Assembly (NCBI GenBank): GCA_044222185.1
Contig: JBGANV010000004.1
Span: 192,001 to 256,000 of the forward strand
DNA length: 64,000 nt
Direction: 5' to 3'
DNA from: Planctomycetota bacterium
GTDB lineage: Bacteria > Planctomycetota > GCA-002687715 > CAIWVZ01
Made by a program: the position numbers and the translations under genes. Under the pieces are notes generated by a model. The model made no database searches, had not been told where the DNA came from, and saw only the letters and a program-made list of their open reading frames with translations. Below, one piece after another: positions 28,139-37,845 of the stretch; within the stretch, counting starts at the first letter, position 1, and each line of letters starts with the position of its first letter.

Positions 28139-29971
28139 ATGGCCGAGCCGTCCGAACCTCCTCCGTTGCGCGTGCGCCTTCGTGACGGGGTCGTGGCGCT
28201 GAAGCACGCGCTCAGGCTCTGCATCGAGACCGCCCCCACCGCGGCCCTCGGAACGGCGGCTCTCGCGGCGGTGTCTTCGCTCCTCCCGCTCGCGACGATG
28301 TGGCTCATGAAGCTGACCGTCGATGCGGTCGTCATCGCCATGAACGCGCCGGACAAGGACGCCGCGTTCCGGCCCGTGATGTGGCTCGCCGCCGCGAGCG
28401 CGGGCGTGACGGTGCTCGGGCGCCTCGTCTCGACCGTCGACGAGATCGTCACCCTGACCTTCGGCACGAAAGTGTCGAACCGCGTCGCCGACCTCGTGAA
28501 CGAGAAGGCGCTCGGCTTGGACGTGGCGGCATTCGAGCGGCCGGAGGTTTACGACCTCATCCATCGGGCCCAGCAGGAAGCGCCGGGCCGCCCGGCCGCT
28601 CTCGCCCGCGGCATCCTCGATACGTTTCGCTCCGTGATCGGGATCGTTGCGTCCTTGGGCGTGACCTGGACGCTCCACCCGCTGGTGCCGTCGTTCCTCC
28701 TCGTCATCACGCTGCCGCTCGTGTTCGTGCGTTGGAAGCGCAGTCGCGAGACCCTCCGCCTCTCGGCCGCGCTCGCTCCGAAGTCGCGCCTCGCGCAGTA
28801 CCTCACTTCGCTGCTGCTCGGGCCGATCGCCGCCAAGGAAGTCCGGACGTTCGGTTTCGGAGCCGCGCTCGCGCGCCGATCCCGTGCCGTGCGCGATGAG
28901 GTTTTCGGCGAGCAGCTCGCGCTGCAGCGCCGGACGGGCATCAGCCAGACGGCGTTCGCCATCCCCGGCGCGGCTGCCTTCTTCGGCATCCAGGCATGGA
29001 TCGCCTGGCGCGCCGTCCACGGCGCCATCACGCTGGGCGACCTCACGCTCTACACGCAAGCCGCCCAGGCCGTGGCTGGAGGGTTCTTCATGTTGTTCTT
29101 CGCGATCACCGGGGCGGGGGAGAACGTGGGGTTCTTCAAGAGCTTCCGCGACTTCCTCGCACTCGCGCCGACGGTTTGCGACAGGCCGGACGCGCGACCG
29201 ATCGAACACCCCGTGCGCGGCGCGCTGGCCGCTCGTGGCGTCACCTACCGGTACGCCGGCGCGCAGGTCGCGGCGGTCTCGGACGTCACGGTGGAGATCG
29301 CCGCGGGCGAGCACGTGGCGATCGTCGGGCGCAACGGCTCGGGCAAGACGACGCTGCTGAAACTCCTCACGCGCCTCTACGATCCCACGACCGGGCGCGT
29401 CGAGCTGGACGGTGTGGACGTGCGCTCGCTCCGGCTCGGCGACGTGCGGCGCGCGATCGGCGTCCTCTTCCAGGACTTCGTTCGCTACGACATGACGATG
29501 GACGAGAACGTGGCGCTCGCGCTGCCCGAGGGCGCGATCGATCGTCGGGCCCGGATCGATCGGGCACTCGAGGCGAGCGGGGCCGATGCGGTCGCGAAGC
29601 GGCTGCCCGAGGGGTCGGCGACGACGCTCGGCCAGCGATTCAACCAGGCCCGGGATCTCTCGGCGGGTGAGTGGCAACGGGTCGCGCTCGCGCGGCTGTG
29701 GGCGAAAGACTCCCGCATCGTCCTCTTGGATGAGCCCACCTCGGCATTGGACGGCGCCGCCGAGGCCGATTTCTCGCGACGTCTCGCCGAGGCGCTGGCT
29801 GGCCGCACGGCGGTGATCGTCAGTCACCGCTGGTCCACGGTCCGCGCCGCCGACCGCGTGATCGTCCTGGAGGGCGGGCGAGTGGTGGAGGAAGGCCGGC
29901 CCGCCGACCTCATCTCCCACGACGGCCCGCTCGCGCGACTGTTCGGCGCGCAGATCGCCACGGCGTCGTGA
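28139..29971 (+). CDS. ABC exporter, fused permease/ATPase (probable QhpF-like)
   Basis: N-terminal TM domain, Walker A GRNGSGKT, signature LSAGEWQR, Walker B LLDEPT. It lies upstream of the qhp genes. Confidence 0.9.
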   Translation: MAEPSEPPPLRVRLRDGVVALKHALRLCIETAPTAALGTAALAAVSSLLPLATMWLMKLTVDAVVIAMNAPDKDAAFRPVMWLAAASAGVTVLGRLVSTVDEIVTLTFGTKVSNRVADLVNEKALGLDVAAFERPEVYDLIHRAQQEAPGRPAALARGILDTFRSVIGIVASLGVTWTLHPLVPSFLLVITLPLVFVRWKRSRETLRLSAALAPKSRLAQYLTSLLLGPIAAKEVRTFGFGAALARRSRAVRDEVFGEQLALQRRTGISQTAFAIPGAAAFFGIQAWIAWRAVHGAITLGDLTLYTQAAQAVAGGFFMLFFAITGAGENVGFFKSFRDFLALAPTVCDRPDARPIEHPVRGALAARGVTYRYAGAQVAAVSDVTVEIAAGEHVAIVGRNGSGKTTLLKLLTRLYDPTTGRVELDGVDVRSLRLGDVRRAIGVLFQDFVRYDMTMDENVALALPEGAIDRRARIDRALEASGADAVAKRLPEGSATTLGQRFNQARDLSAGEWQRVALARLWAKDSRIVLLDEPTSALDGAAEADFSRRLAEALAGRTAVIVSHRWSTVRAADRVIVLEGGRVVEEGRPADLISHDGPLARLFGAQIATAS

Positions 29972-30091
29972 CGGACGGCGATCGCGTGCGAGCTGATGGG
30001 CTCGATTGACGGTGACAAGAGGCCGGGGTACGGTCGCCAGCTGCGTCGCGCGAGGCTGTGGTGTCCTCCCGCGGCCGAGTGATGGAGGCGG

Positions 30092-30844
30092 ATGGACCCG
30101 ACGACGCCGGACGAATGGGCACGGACGCTCAAGGATGAGTGGGAAGAGCGGGCCAGGTCTGCCTCGCGCGACTTCTTCATCGCGTCGCACGCGGAGTGGA
30201 ACCGGCCGGACGTGTGGGATCGACAGGCCGCGATCGATGCGTCGTGGCCCGTCGCTTGGCTCGACCGGGCGAAGCTGGCGGACGACGACGTGTTGGAAGT
30301 CGGTTGTGGGGTCGGGCGTCTCGTTCCGTACATCGCTCCGCTCGTTCGGTCCTACACCGGCTTCGACGTCGCCTGCGGCCACGTCGCCGAGGCTCGCAGA
30401 CGATCGAGCGGTTTCGAGAACGTGCGCTTCTTCGAGAGCGATGGCCTCGGGATTCCAGCGGGCGCATCCGACCGGAAATACGGCCTGATCTTCGCTCACG
30501 CGGTGTTCATCCACTGCCCACGGGTAGTGATCGAGAGCCTGATTCGCGCGGCGATCGAAGCCCTCGGTCCCGATGGAGAGCTCCGGTTCCAGCTCGCGGC
30601 CGACACCGCTGACCTGGACGGAATCCAGTCCATCGAAGCTTCCGAATCCGCGCGTGTCATCGCGGAGAAGATCGAACGGTTCGACCTGCCCGACCGCCAC
30701 CTCATGGATGAGCGTCACTACGCCGGCGAGCGATTCACGTTTTCGGCCGCGCGCGAGTTCGTCGAAGGGTTCGGCCTGGAGCGGGCCGACGTTTTTCGCT
30801 TCGATCGGGCATTCATCTACGGGCGCCTGGTGAATCGAGGCTGA
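30092..30844 (+). CDS. Class I SAM-dependent methyltransferase
   Basis: Motif I VLEVGCGVGR, followed by GFDV and VFIH. Confidence 0.8.
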   Translation: MDPTTPDEWARTLKDEWEERARSASRDFFIASHAEWNRPDVWDRQAAIDASWPVAWLDRAKLADDDVLEVGCGVGRLVPYIAPLVRSYTGFDVACGHVAEARRRSSGFENVRFFESDGLGIPAGASDRKYGLIFAHAVFIHCPRVVIESLIRAAIEALGPDGELRFQLAADTADLDGIQSIEASESARVIAEKIERFDLPDRHLMDERHYAGERFTFSAAREFVEGFGLERADVFRFDRAFIYGRLVNRG

Positions 30845-30925
30845 CGGCGGTCGAGAGCTCGCGAGGGCCCGTGTCCGGACCGGTTTGCAGCTCCGACGAC
30901 CCTCCTATAGACTGCCGCCCTCCTC

Positions 30926-32929
30926 ATGAAACCGCGTCGACTGATCGTGTGGCTTTTCATCGCGCTGGCAGCGTTCGGAGGGCGGACGGTTTCGGGGCAG
31001 GAGTCGCGGTCGCGTGACGACCGGGCGTCGCGCCCGAGCGGCGCCGAATCGCGTCCGGGCGAAGATGCCGAGGGGGACGAGGCGGCCCGTGCCGCCAAGA
31101 AGAAACGGGACGAGCAGCCCAAACGCGGCATACCCGTCACCGAGCGTCTCCTGTTTGCCCACTGCACGGCGTGTCACGCCACGGAGGAGCGCGACGGACA
31201 GAAGTACCTCAGCCGCATCTCCTACCTGCGCAAGTCGCCGGAGGGCTGGGAGCTCTCGGTCAAGCGCATGATCCGGCAGCACAACCTCTCGATGACGCCG
31301 GACGACGCACGCGAGATCGTCGCCTACCTGTCGAACGACCACGGATTGACGCGCGCCGAGGCGGAGCGCGGGCTCGCGGAATCCGAGCGTCGCGTCCACT
31401 GGTCCGATGCGAGCGCCGACAAGGAGTTTCGCGAGACGTGCGGGGCGTGTCATTCGCTCGGGCGTGTCTACGGCGAGCAGCGTGATCTGGACGAGTGGAA
31501 GCTCCTCAAGCTCACGCACCTCGCCTTCTTTCCCCTGGCCGACTTCCAGGCATTCCGCGGCAACCAGCGCATGGGCGGCGACGACGGCGTCAACTTCGAC
31601 CGCATGTCCGAGTCGGAGATCGAGGAGTACTTCGAGCGCCGCCGGGAGCAGCAGCGCAGCATGCCCGACCGGGCCGACAAGGTGATGGAGAAACTCGCGA
31701 AGGACCAACCACTCTTCAGCAAGGGCTGGGAGGATTGGACCGTGAGCCGTCGCGAGGTCCCGCTGCAGGGAACGTGGTCTGTCGTTGGTCATGAGGTCAC
31801 GCGTGGTGACATCCGCGGGAGCGTGACGATCCGCCGGACGGACAAGGACACCTACGAGACGACCTGGACGCTCACCTACGGCGACGGCGCGACCGTTCGC
31901 CGGGAAGGCAAGGCCTACCTCTATGCGGGCTACTCGTGGCGCGGCCGGTCCAAGCGGCCCGACGGCGCGCCGCGCGAGCCCGAGACGCTGAAGGAAGTGC
32001 TCCTCCTGAACGACGACTGGAACGTCCTGAAGGGGCGGTGCTTCACCGGCGGCTACGACGAACTGGGCGCCGACGTCACGCTGCGGCGCGAGACGGGGGC
32101 GACGGCCTTGCTCACGATCGAGGAGGGCGTCGTGACCGCGCCGGCGAAGGGCGCCAAGGTCGACGTCGTCGGGCAGATGTTCCCCGCGGACGTGGCGGCA
32201 AGCGACTTCCACCTCGGGACGGGCATCACGGTGACGGCGGCGGAACGGATCGGGCAGGACCGCGTCCGCCTGACCGTCGACGTGCTCGCGAACGCCGAGT
32301 TGGGGCGCCGCGCCATCTCGTTCCGCGCCGTGCCGGGTCCCAAGGTCCTGACCGTCTACGACACGATCGACTACATCAAGGTGACGCCGGAGCAGGGCTT
32401 CTCACGCATCGGCGGTGCGGGTCATCCCAAGCAACTCGAGCGCTTCGAGGCCGTCGCCATGTGTCGCGGGAAGGACCAGAAGCCCTACACGGACGACGAC
32501 TTTGCCGTGAAGGTCGTACCGGCCCGCTGGCGCATCGAGGAGTTCGCCGTGCGCGAGAACGACGACGACGCCCAGTTCGTCGGCGAGATCGACTCGAAGA
32601 CTGGCGTGTTCACCCCGGCTCTCGAAGGGCCGAACCCCAAGCGCAAGTACAAAGCCAACAACATCGGCGACGTCTACGTGGTGGCGGAAGCGACGATCGT
32701 GACGCCGGAAGCGTACAAGCCGCCCGAGTCGCGGCCGTCGACGGACACGGCGTCCACCTCACGGCCGGAATCGCGCTCGGAGTCCCGCGCCTCGACGCGT
32801 CCAGCCACGCGACCCGCCATCGCCTACGACCCCAAGCTCCTCACGAAGGAGATGAAGGCTCGAGGACGACTCCTCGTGACGGTGCCGCTCTACGTGAAGT
32901 GGGACCGTTACGTGTGGGATCAGCGCTGA
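30926..32929 (+). CDS. qhpA: Quinohemoprotein amine dehydrogenase alpha subunit (diheme cytochrome c)
   Basis: Two CxxCH motifs (CTACH, CGACH), plus SRIS..RKSPEGW...VKRM, YAGYSWRG, RIGG and GPNPKR...NNIGD. Confidence 0.92.
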   Translation: MKPRRLIVWLFIALAAFGGRTVSGQESRSRDDRASRPSGAESRPGEDAEGDEAARAAKKKRDEQPKRGIPVTERLLFAHCTACHATEERDGQKYLSRISYLRKSPEGWELSVKRMIRQHNLSMTPDDAREIVAYLSNDHGLTRAEAERGLAESERRVHWSDASADKEFRETCGACHSLGRVYGEQRDLDEWKLLKLTHLAFFPLADFQAFRGNQRMGGDDGVNFDRMSESEIEEYFERRREQQRSMPDRADKVMEKLAKDQPLFSKGWEDWTVSRREVPLQGTWSVVGHEVTRGDIRGSVTIRRTDKDTYETTWTLTYGDGATVRREGKAYLYAGYSWRGRSKRPDGAPREPETLKEVLLLNDDWNVLKGRCFTGGYDELGADVTLRRETGATALLTIEEGVVTAPAKGAKVDVVGQMFPADVAASDFHLGTGITVTAAERIGQDRVRLTVDVLANAELGRRAISFRAVPGPKVLTVYDTIDYIKVTPEQGFSRIGGAGHPKQLERFEAVAMCRGKDQKPYTDDDFAVKVVPARWRIEEFAVRENDDDAQFVGEIDSKTGVFTPALEGPNPKRKYKANNIGDVYVVAEATIVTPEAYKPPESRPSTDTASTSRPESRSESRASTRPATRPAIAYDPKLLTKEMKARGRLLVTVPLYVKWDRYVWDQR

Positions 32930-34374
32930 TGAACTACGCGACCACGTTGCACCGGCGCTTCGAAGGCGATGGCGTGCGCTACGTATACGTCGCGCCCGCG
33001 GCGTCCATCCTCCGCTTGGACGACGTCTCCGCTGCGGTGATCGATGCCTTTCCCGCCACGGGCCGCGACGAGGCGACATGGCTCGCGACGCTGCCCGCGG
33101 GACCGCAGGCCGACGAGGCCCGGGCCGCGTTCCGCGACCTCGTCGCCATGGGGATCATCCGCCGCCAGGGCGAGATGCCCGTGCCTGTCGAGACCGCGCC
33201 GCCTCAGCCCTACCCCTTGGCGACGCTCGTTCTGAACGTCACCAACAAGTGCAACCTCGCGTGCACGTACTGCTACGAGTACGGCGAGGACAAGATCGCC
33301 GACGCGAAGAAGGCCGACGGCACGCCGAAGGCCTCCATGATGACGCCGCAGATCGCGCGCGACTCCGTGGACATGTTGTTCCGGCAGTCGGATGGCCGCG
33401 GTGAAGTGACGCTGACGTTCTTCGGTGGCGAGACGCTGCTGAACTTCGGAGCGATCCGCGCGGCCGTCAGCCGCGCCGAGGAGCTGGCGGCGACGGCGAA
33501 GCGCCGCGTGAACTTCGCGCTCACGACCAACGCCACGCTCCTCGACGACGAGATCAGCGAGTACCTGATCGGACACCGCTTCGGCGTGAACATCTCCGTC
33601 GACGGCGCGAAAGAAGAGCACGACCGCCACCGCACGTTCAAGAGCGGGCTCGGTTCCTACGAGACGATCGTCCCGCGGATCCGCCGGCACATCGAACGCA
33701 ACCGCGCCGCGCGCGGGCGGCCCGTCGGTGCGCGCGTCACGCTCACGACGGGATTCTCGGGGCTTCGCGGCATCTACGACCATCTCGTGCGCGACATCGG
33801 ATTCGACGAGGCCGGGTTCGCGCCGGTGACGTCGGCTCCAGGGCGTGACTACGCGCTGTCGGACGCGAGTTACGGCCGGCTTCTCTCCGAGTTCGCCGAC
33901 CTCGCGGTCGACTACACGGAATCCGCGTTGCGCAACGAGCGGCACGGCTTCTCGAACCTGAACGATCTCCTGCGTGAGCTCCACCTGGGCATCAACAAGG
34001 CTCATCCGTGCGGCGCGGGGCTCGGGCTTCTCGGGGTTTCGACCGAGGGCGAGCTGGGGCTGTGCCACCGGTTCGTGGAATCGGGCAAGCACGAGGTGGG
34101 GTCGGTCTCGAGCGGGATCGACGAACTGCGCCGATCGACGTTCCTCGCGCAGTCGCACGTCTCGAAGAAGATCGCGTGCCACGACTGCTTCGCGCGACCC
34201 ACGTGCGCCGGCGGCTGCTACCACGAGGCCTACGTTCGCTACGCCGATCCGACGGCACCGAACCTCCACTACTGTGATTGGATTCGCGCGTGGACCGATC
34301 TCGGGCTTCGAACCTACGCGCTGATCGCCAACCGCAACCCCGCGTTCTTCGCCCGTTTCGAGGGTGCATCATGA
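32929..34374 (+). CDS. qhpD: QHNDH maturation radical SAM/SPASM enzyme
   Basis: LNVTNKCNLACTYCY, FFGGETL and SPASM cysteines (CGAG..CHRF..C..C.....CAGGCYH...C). Its start overlaps the qhpA stop (TGATG). Confidence 0.92.
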   Translation: MNYATTLHRRFEGDGVRYVYVAPAASILRLDDVSAAVIDAFPATGRDEATWLATLPAGPQADEARAAFRDLVAMGIIRRQGEMPVPVETAPPQPYPLATLVLNVTNKCNLACTYCYEYGEDKIADAKKADGTPKASMMTPQIARDSVDMLFRQSDGRGEVTLTFFGGETLLNFGAIRAAVSRAEELAATAKRRVNFALTTNATLLDDEISEYLIGHRFGVNISVDGAKEEHDRHRTFKSGLGSYETIVPRIRRHIERNRAARGRPVGARVTLTTGFSGLRGIYDHLVRDIGFDEAGFAPVTSAPGRDYALSDASYGRLLSEFADLAVDYTESALRNERHGFSNLNDLLRELHLGINKAHPCGAGLGLLGVSTEGELGLCHRFVESGKHEVGSVSSGIDELRRSTFLAQSHVSKKIACHDCFARPTCAGGCYHEAYVRYADPTAPNLHYCDWIRAWTDLGLRTYALIANRNPAFFARFEGAS

Positions 34375-34694
34375 GACACATCGTTCCCATCAACGTGAAG
34401 GCACGGCGACTCGCCCGGCTGGTCGGTGACGAGGCCGACGCGGCGCGCGGCATGGCGTGGCCGGATCCGCCGTATGGTTGCACGACGATCTTCGCGCCCG
34501 GGTGGGAGGTCGACTCGAGCGGAGGCACGCACGGGCTCTGCACGCCGATCGAGCGCGATCTCTACGACTGCTACCACTCGTGCTATTGGCCGGCGCAGGT
34601 GCCCGACGCGCTGACGAATTTCCCGCACTGGGCCCAGAGCTGCGGCGCGCCCGTCAGCGACTGGGGTTCGATCGACCTCGTCTTCCCACAGTGA
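34371..34694 (+). CDS. qhpC: QHNDH gamma subunit precursor (CTQ cofactor peptide)
   Basis: 27-aa leader MRHIVPINVKARRL..., then GCTTIFAPGWEVD...LCTPIERDLYDCYHSCYWPAQVPD. Crosslinking residues have the canonical spacing. Confidence 0.92.
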   Translation: MRHIVPINVKARRLARLVGDEADAARGMAWPDPPYGCTTIFAPGWEVDSSGGTHGLCTPIERDLYDCYHSCYWPAQVPDALTNFPHWAQSCGAPVSDWGSIDLVFPQ

Positions 34695-35851
34695 GATCGC
34701 ACGTGCCCAGAGCCTTCTCGATCGCGTTCGTGCTCCTGATCGCCGTCTGCGCAGGTCTTGCCCAGGACTCGAAACCCACGGCCGCCGCCTCGCGGCCCTC
34801 AGGCAAGCGGTTCTTCTGGTTCCGCATGTGGCCCGACTTCCTCGTGAAGTTCGACCCGGTGACGGACACGATCGCAGCCAAGGTGAAGACGCGTCATGGG
34901 ATCGGCTACGACGTCGAACTCACCTTCGACAAGAAGCAGATCCTCGTCGTCACGGACAAGGAGGCTCGGGTCGAAGTGATCGACCTCGCGAAGGCTGCCG
35001 TCGTGGACGAGCACTCGTTCATACAGGAAGGGTTCATCGTCCGCATCCAGGAGATCCGTCAGACCCCGACGCCGTCCCAGTGGTACATCCACATGGACAA
35101 GATCAAGGCGCTCAAGGATCGCTTCGAGCAGAAAGAGAGCGAGTGGATCCTCTTCGACATGTCGACGAAGAAGGCGATCGGCAAGCCGATGAAGGAGCTG
35201 CCGGAGGCGATCCGGCGCGGCGGGCGGATCTCGCCAGATGGCACGCGGTGGCACGTGCGAGGCAAGGACCTCGTCATCGTCGACCCGAAGACCCTGAAGG
35301 AAGAGGGCAAGATCGAGCTGTCGCAGCCCCTGTATGGCGGGATGGGACCGATCTCGCTCGCCAGCGACGATCTGTACGACGGCAAGGTGCCGGGGCGCAT
35401 GAAGGCGATCTACACCATGCGCGATCCCGTCATGACCAATCGATCGCTGGCCGGGCTGATCGAGCTGGATCTGGTCAACTTCAAGATCCTGGACGTGCAG
35501 GAGTGGGGGTGGAATCCGCGCGTGGGCGGGTTCCGCGGTCCGCTCATGACGCAGGATCGGACGAGGCTCGTGACCGAGCGCCGCTCGCGGGGTGGCGGCG
35601 GTGATGATGCTCAGGAGCCCGAGGTCACGCTTGCGACCTACGAACTCGCAACGGGCCGCAAGATCCTCGAAGGGACGGCGAAGCTCCCGCGCTCGGCCGT
35701 GTACCTCTCGGCCGTCGCACCCGATGGCTCGAAGACCTACTTCATGGGTCGCGGCCACGAGTTCATCGTGCTCGACGCCAGGCATCAGTATTTGAAGACC
35801 GTCGAACTCGAGGGCGAGATCGACGGACCCGTCTACCCGATCGACGAGTGA
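34691..35851 (+). CDS. qhpB: QHNDH beta subunit-like beta-propeller
   Basis: Position after qhpC with a GTGA overlap, signal peptide, YVTN-like propeller repeats (ISPDG, VAPDGSKTY). The sequence is divergent. Confidence 0.7.
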   Translation: MRSHVPRAFSIAFVLLIAVCAGLAQDSKPTAAASRPSGKRFFWFRMWPDFLVKFDPVTDTIAAKVKTRHGIGYDVELTFDKKQILVVTDKEARVEVIDLAKAAVVDEHSFIQEGFIVRIQEIRQTPTPSQWYIHMDKIKALKDRFEQKESEWILFDMSTKKAIGKPMKELPEAIRRGGRISPDGTRWHVRGKDLVIVDPKTLKEEGKIELSQPLYGGMGPISLASDDLYDGKVPGRMKAIYTMRDPVMTNRSLAGLIELDLVNFKILDVQEWGWNPRVGGFRGPLMTQDRTRLVTERRSRGGGGDDAQEPEVTLATYELATGRKILEGTAKLPRSAVYLSAVAPDGSKTYFMGRGHEFIVLDARHQYLKTVELEGEIDGPVYPIDE

Positions 35852-36501
35852 ACCTCGCCCCCGGGCCGATGCCGCACGTCACGCTCATCGACAGCGGGGT
35901 GAATCCGCTCCATCCCCACGTGCGGGGCATGGGCGAGATTCTGCTCGGGCCGACGATCCGCGGTGATGGATCGTTCGGTCTGGCTGGCTCGGAGATCGAC
36001 GAGATCGGACACGGAACCGCGGCGGCGGCCGCCATATTGGATCTGGCGCCGGGCACCGTGATCCGGTCGATCCGCGTGTTCGTGGAACGGCTCAGTTGCC
36101 CGTTCACGAACATCCTCCGCGCGATCGAGATCGCGGTCGCGGACGGCCCGTCGCTCATCAACTTGAGCCTGGGTACGACGCGGCCGGATTGGAACGAGGC
36201 TCTGATGCGGCTCGTGGATCAGGCGGCGCGCCGCGGATGCACGTTGGTCGCTCCCGCCATGGTCGAGGGCATTCCCAGCCTGCCCGGCGCGCTCGATGGC
36301 GTCGTGGCAGCGATCGACGACGCGGATGTCCCGCGATCCGAACCCGTGCGCGTGGACGACCCACGACGGACGATCTTCCGTGCGTCTCCGTTTCCTCGGG
36401 ACATTCCCGGAGTTCCGCGTCGCGCGAATCTGCGGGGGCCGAGCTTCGCGGCTGCGAACGTCACGGGGTTTCTGGCTCGGCAACAAGCAGGCCGAGTCTG
36501 A
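35848..36501 (+). CDS. qhpE: Small subtilisin-like leader peptidase
   Basis: S8 triad motifs LIDSG, GHGT and GPSFAA, plus INLSLG. It is the last gene of the qhp operon. Confidence 0.82.
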   Translation: MNLAPGPMPHVTLIDSGVNPLHPHVRGMGEILLGPTIRGDGSFGLAGSEIDEIGHGTAAAAAILDLAPGTVIRSIRVFVERLSCPFTNILRAIEIAVADGPSLINLSLGTTRPDWNEALMRLVDQAARRGCTLVAPAMVEGIPSLPGALDGVVAAIDDADVPRSEPVRVDDPRRTIFRASPFPRDIPGVPRRANLRGPSFAAANVTGFLARQQAGRV

Positions 36502-37789
36502 CGAGCTCGAGGAGGGCCTGTCGCACGGTCGCGGGCGTCAGGACGAAGAGGCGCGGATTCATCCGCGCCCGCGCCACGGCGTCGTCCAGGGCGCACGGGG
36601 CGGAGACGAGATCGAGCAGGTCCGGGACCTGAATCGAGCCGAGACTCACGAGGATCGGGCCGTCCGCGCTCGCCCGGACTCCGCGCGCGGGCGTCATCGA
36701 CGAGCCCGCTTGGACGAAAGTGTCCGCTTCGTGAAGCGCCGGCGAGCGGGCGAGTCGTTGAACGCGGGCCGGCACTGCGACCCGTGCGCGCGCCGCGGCG
36801 ATGCGGCGCCGCCAGAATGGAGCGCCATCGAAGCGAGTCTGCCTCGCGTAGAACGCGAGCGCTTGATCGGCGTGGCTCCGAAAGAGAGTCCGCTCCCACT
36901 CGAAGCGATGCGCGACGAGCGCCTGTGCGTGACGAGGCTGGTGGAGCGCCGTGTTCACGCAGAGCGCCGTGTGCTCGGCGGACGCAAGAGCCTTCTCCAC
37001 GCCCTGACCCGACAGGGGGTCGATCGTGCACGCGGCGTCGCCCGCGAGCCATGCGGCACCAAGCGGACGGCGCAGCGTGGGCGTGGCAATCGCTCCCTGG
37101 ATTCCGCGGCCGGTGAATCCCGCGGCCGCAAGCCGCGACGCGGCGATGGCTGCGCGGAAGTGCGCGTCGCGTCCTTCATCCCGTACCTCGTCTGCGTCGG
37201 CGAACAGCGTGAGGGTGCGAGAGCCGCCGGCACACGTGACGCGCCAGAGCCACCCTTGGGGCACCGCTTCGATGGCGCTGTCGAGGCTCGTGCCGTCGTG
37301 GTCGCGGATCTCCGTGATGGCGACGGTGGGCGGCAGGGCCTCGGCGATGGCGTGCGCTGCAGTCGATTCGGAAGTGGCGCGGCCAGTGGCGTACACCACG
37401 ATGCGGGCATCGTGGTCGCCGCCGTCGTCGATCGTCACGCCGCGCGCCGACGCGGCCTCGCGAAGTGCGGCGTCCAGTCGTTCGCGATCGACCTGAAGGC
37501 CGCGCGCCGGGCCCGCGAGGCTGCGGCGCATGGGCCGCTCGTGTTCCCAGAGGATGGCGCGTTCCGCCGGGCCTTCGCGCGCGGCCGCCATGAGCGCCTC
37601 GCCCAGCCCCAGTCGCTCTGCCAGTGCGCGCGCCGCCGGATCGAGCAGCTCGTCCGGGATCGCATGCCGCCCCGCGCGATGCACGAGCCGCACGCGCCGC
37701 CCGAACCCCGCCAGCAGGAACGCGACCGTCGCCCCCGCAGGACCCGCTCCCACGACGACGACGTCGGCCGCTGTGCTCGCTGGTTGCAT
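36461..37789 (-). CDS. qhpG: FAD-dependent monooxygenase (QhpG/LodB-like tryptophan hydroxylase)
   Basis: VVVVGAGPAG, VDR..LD and AGDAA..IDPLSGQG motifs. It is adjacent and convergent to the qhp operon. Confidence 0.72.
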   Translation of the reverse strand: MQPASTAADVVVVGAGPAGATVAFLLAGFGRRVRLVHRAGRHAIPDELLDPAARALAERLGLGEALMAAAREGPAERAILWEHERPMRRSLAGPARGLQVDRERLDAALREAASARGVTIDDGGDHDARIVVYATGRATSESTAAHAIAEALPPTVAITEIRDHDGTSLDSAIEAVPQGWLWRVTCAGGSRTLTLFADADEVRDEGRDAHFRAAIAASRLAAAGFTGRGIQGAIATPTLRRPLGAAWLAGDAACTIDPLSGQGVEKALASAEHTALCVNTALHQPRHAQALVAHRFEWERTLFRSHADQALAFYARQTRFDGAPFWRRRIAAARARVAVPARVQRLARSPALHEADTFVQAGSSMTPARGVRASADGPILVSLGSIQVPDLLDLVSAPCALDDAVARARMNPRLFVLTPATVRQALLELVRLGLLVAEPETP

Positions 37790-37845
37790 GCGCCCGCGAT
37801 CTTAGACGGCCCTGCGCGGTGCCACTTCCCGCCTCTCGACCGTCC

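Noticed and set aside
36461-37789. Tryptophan halogenase of a separate natural-product cluster
   Set aside because: It has only a partial GWLWR motif, and adjacency to qhpC/E is better explained by a QhpG role.
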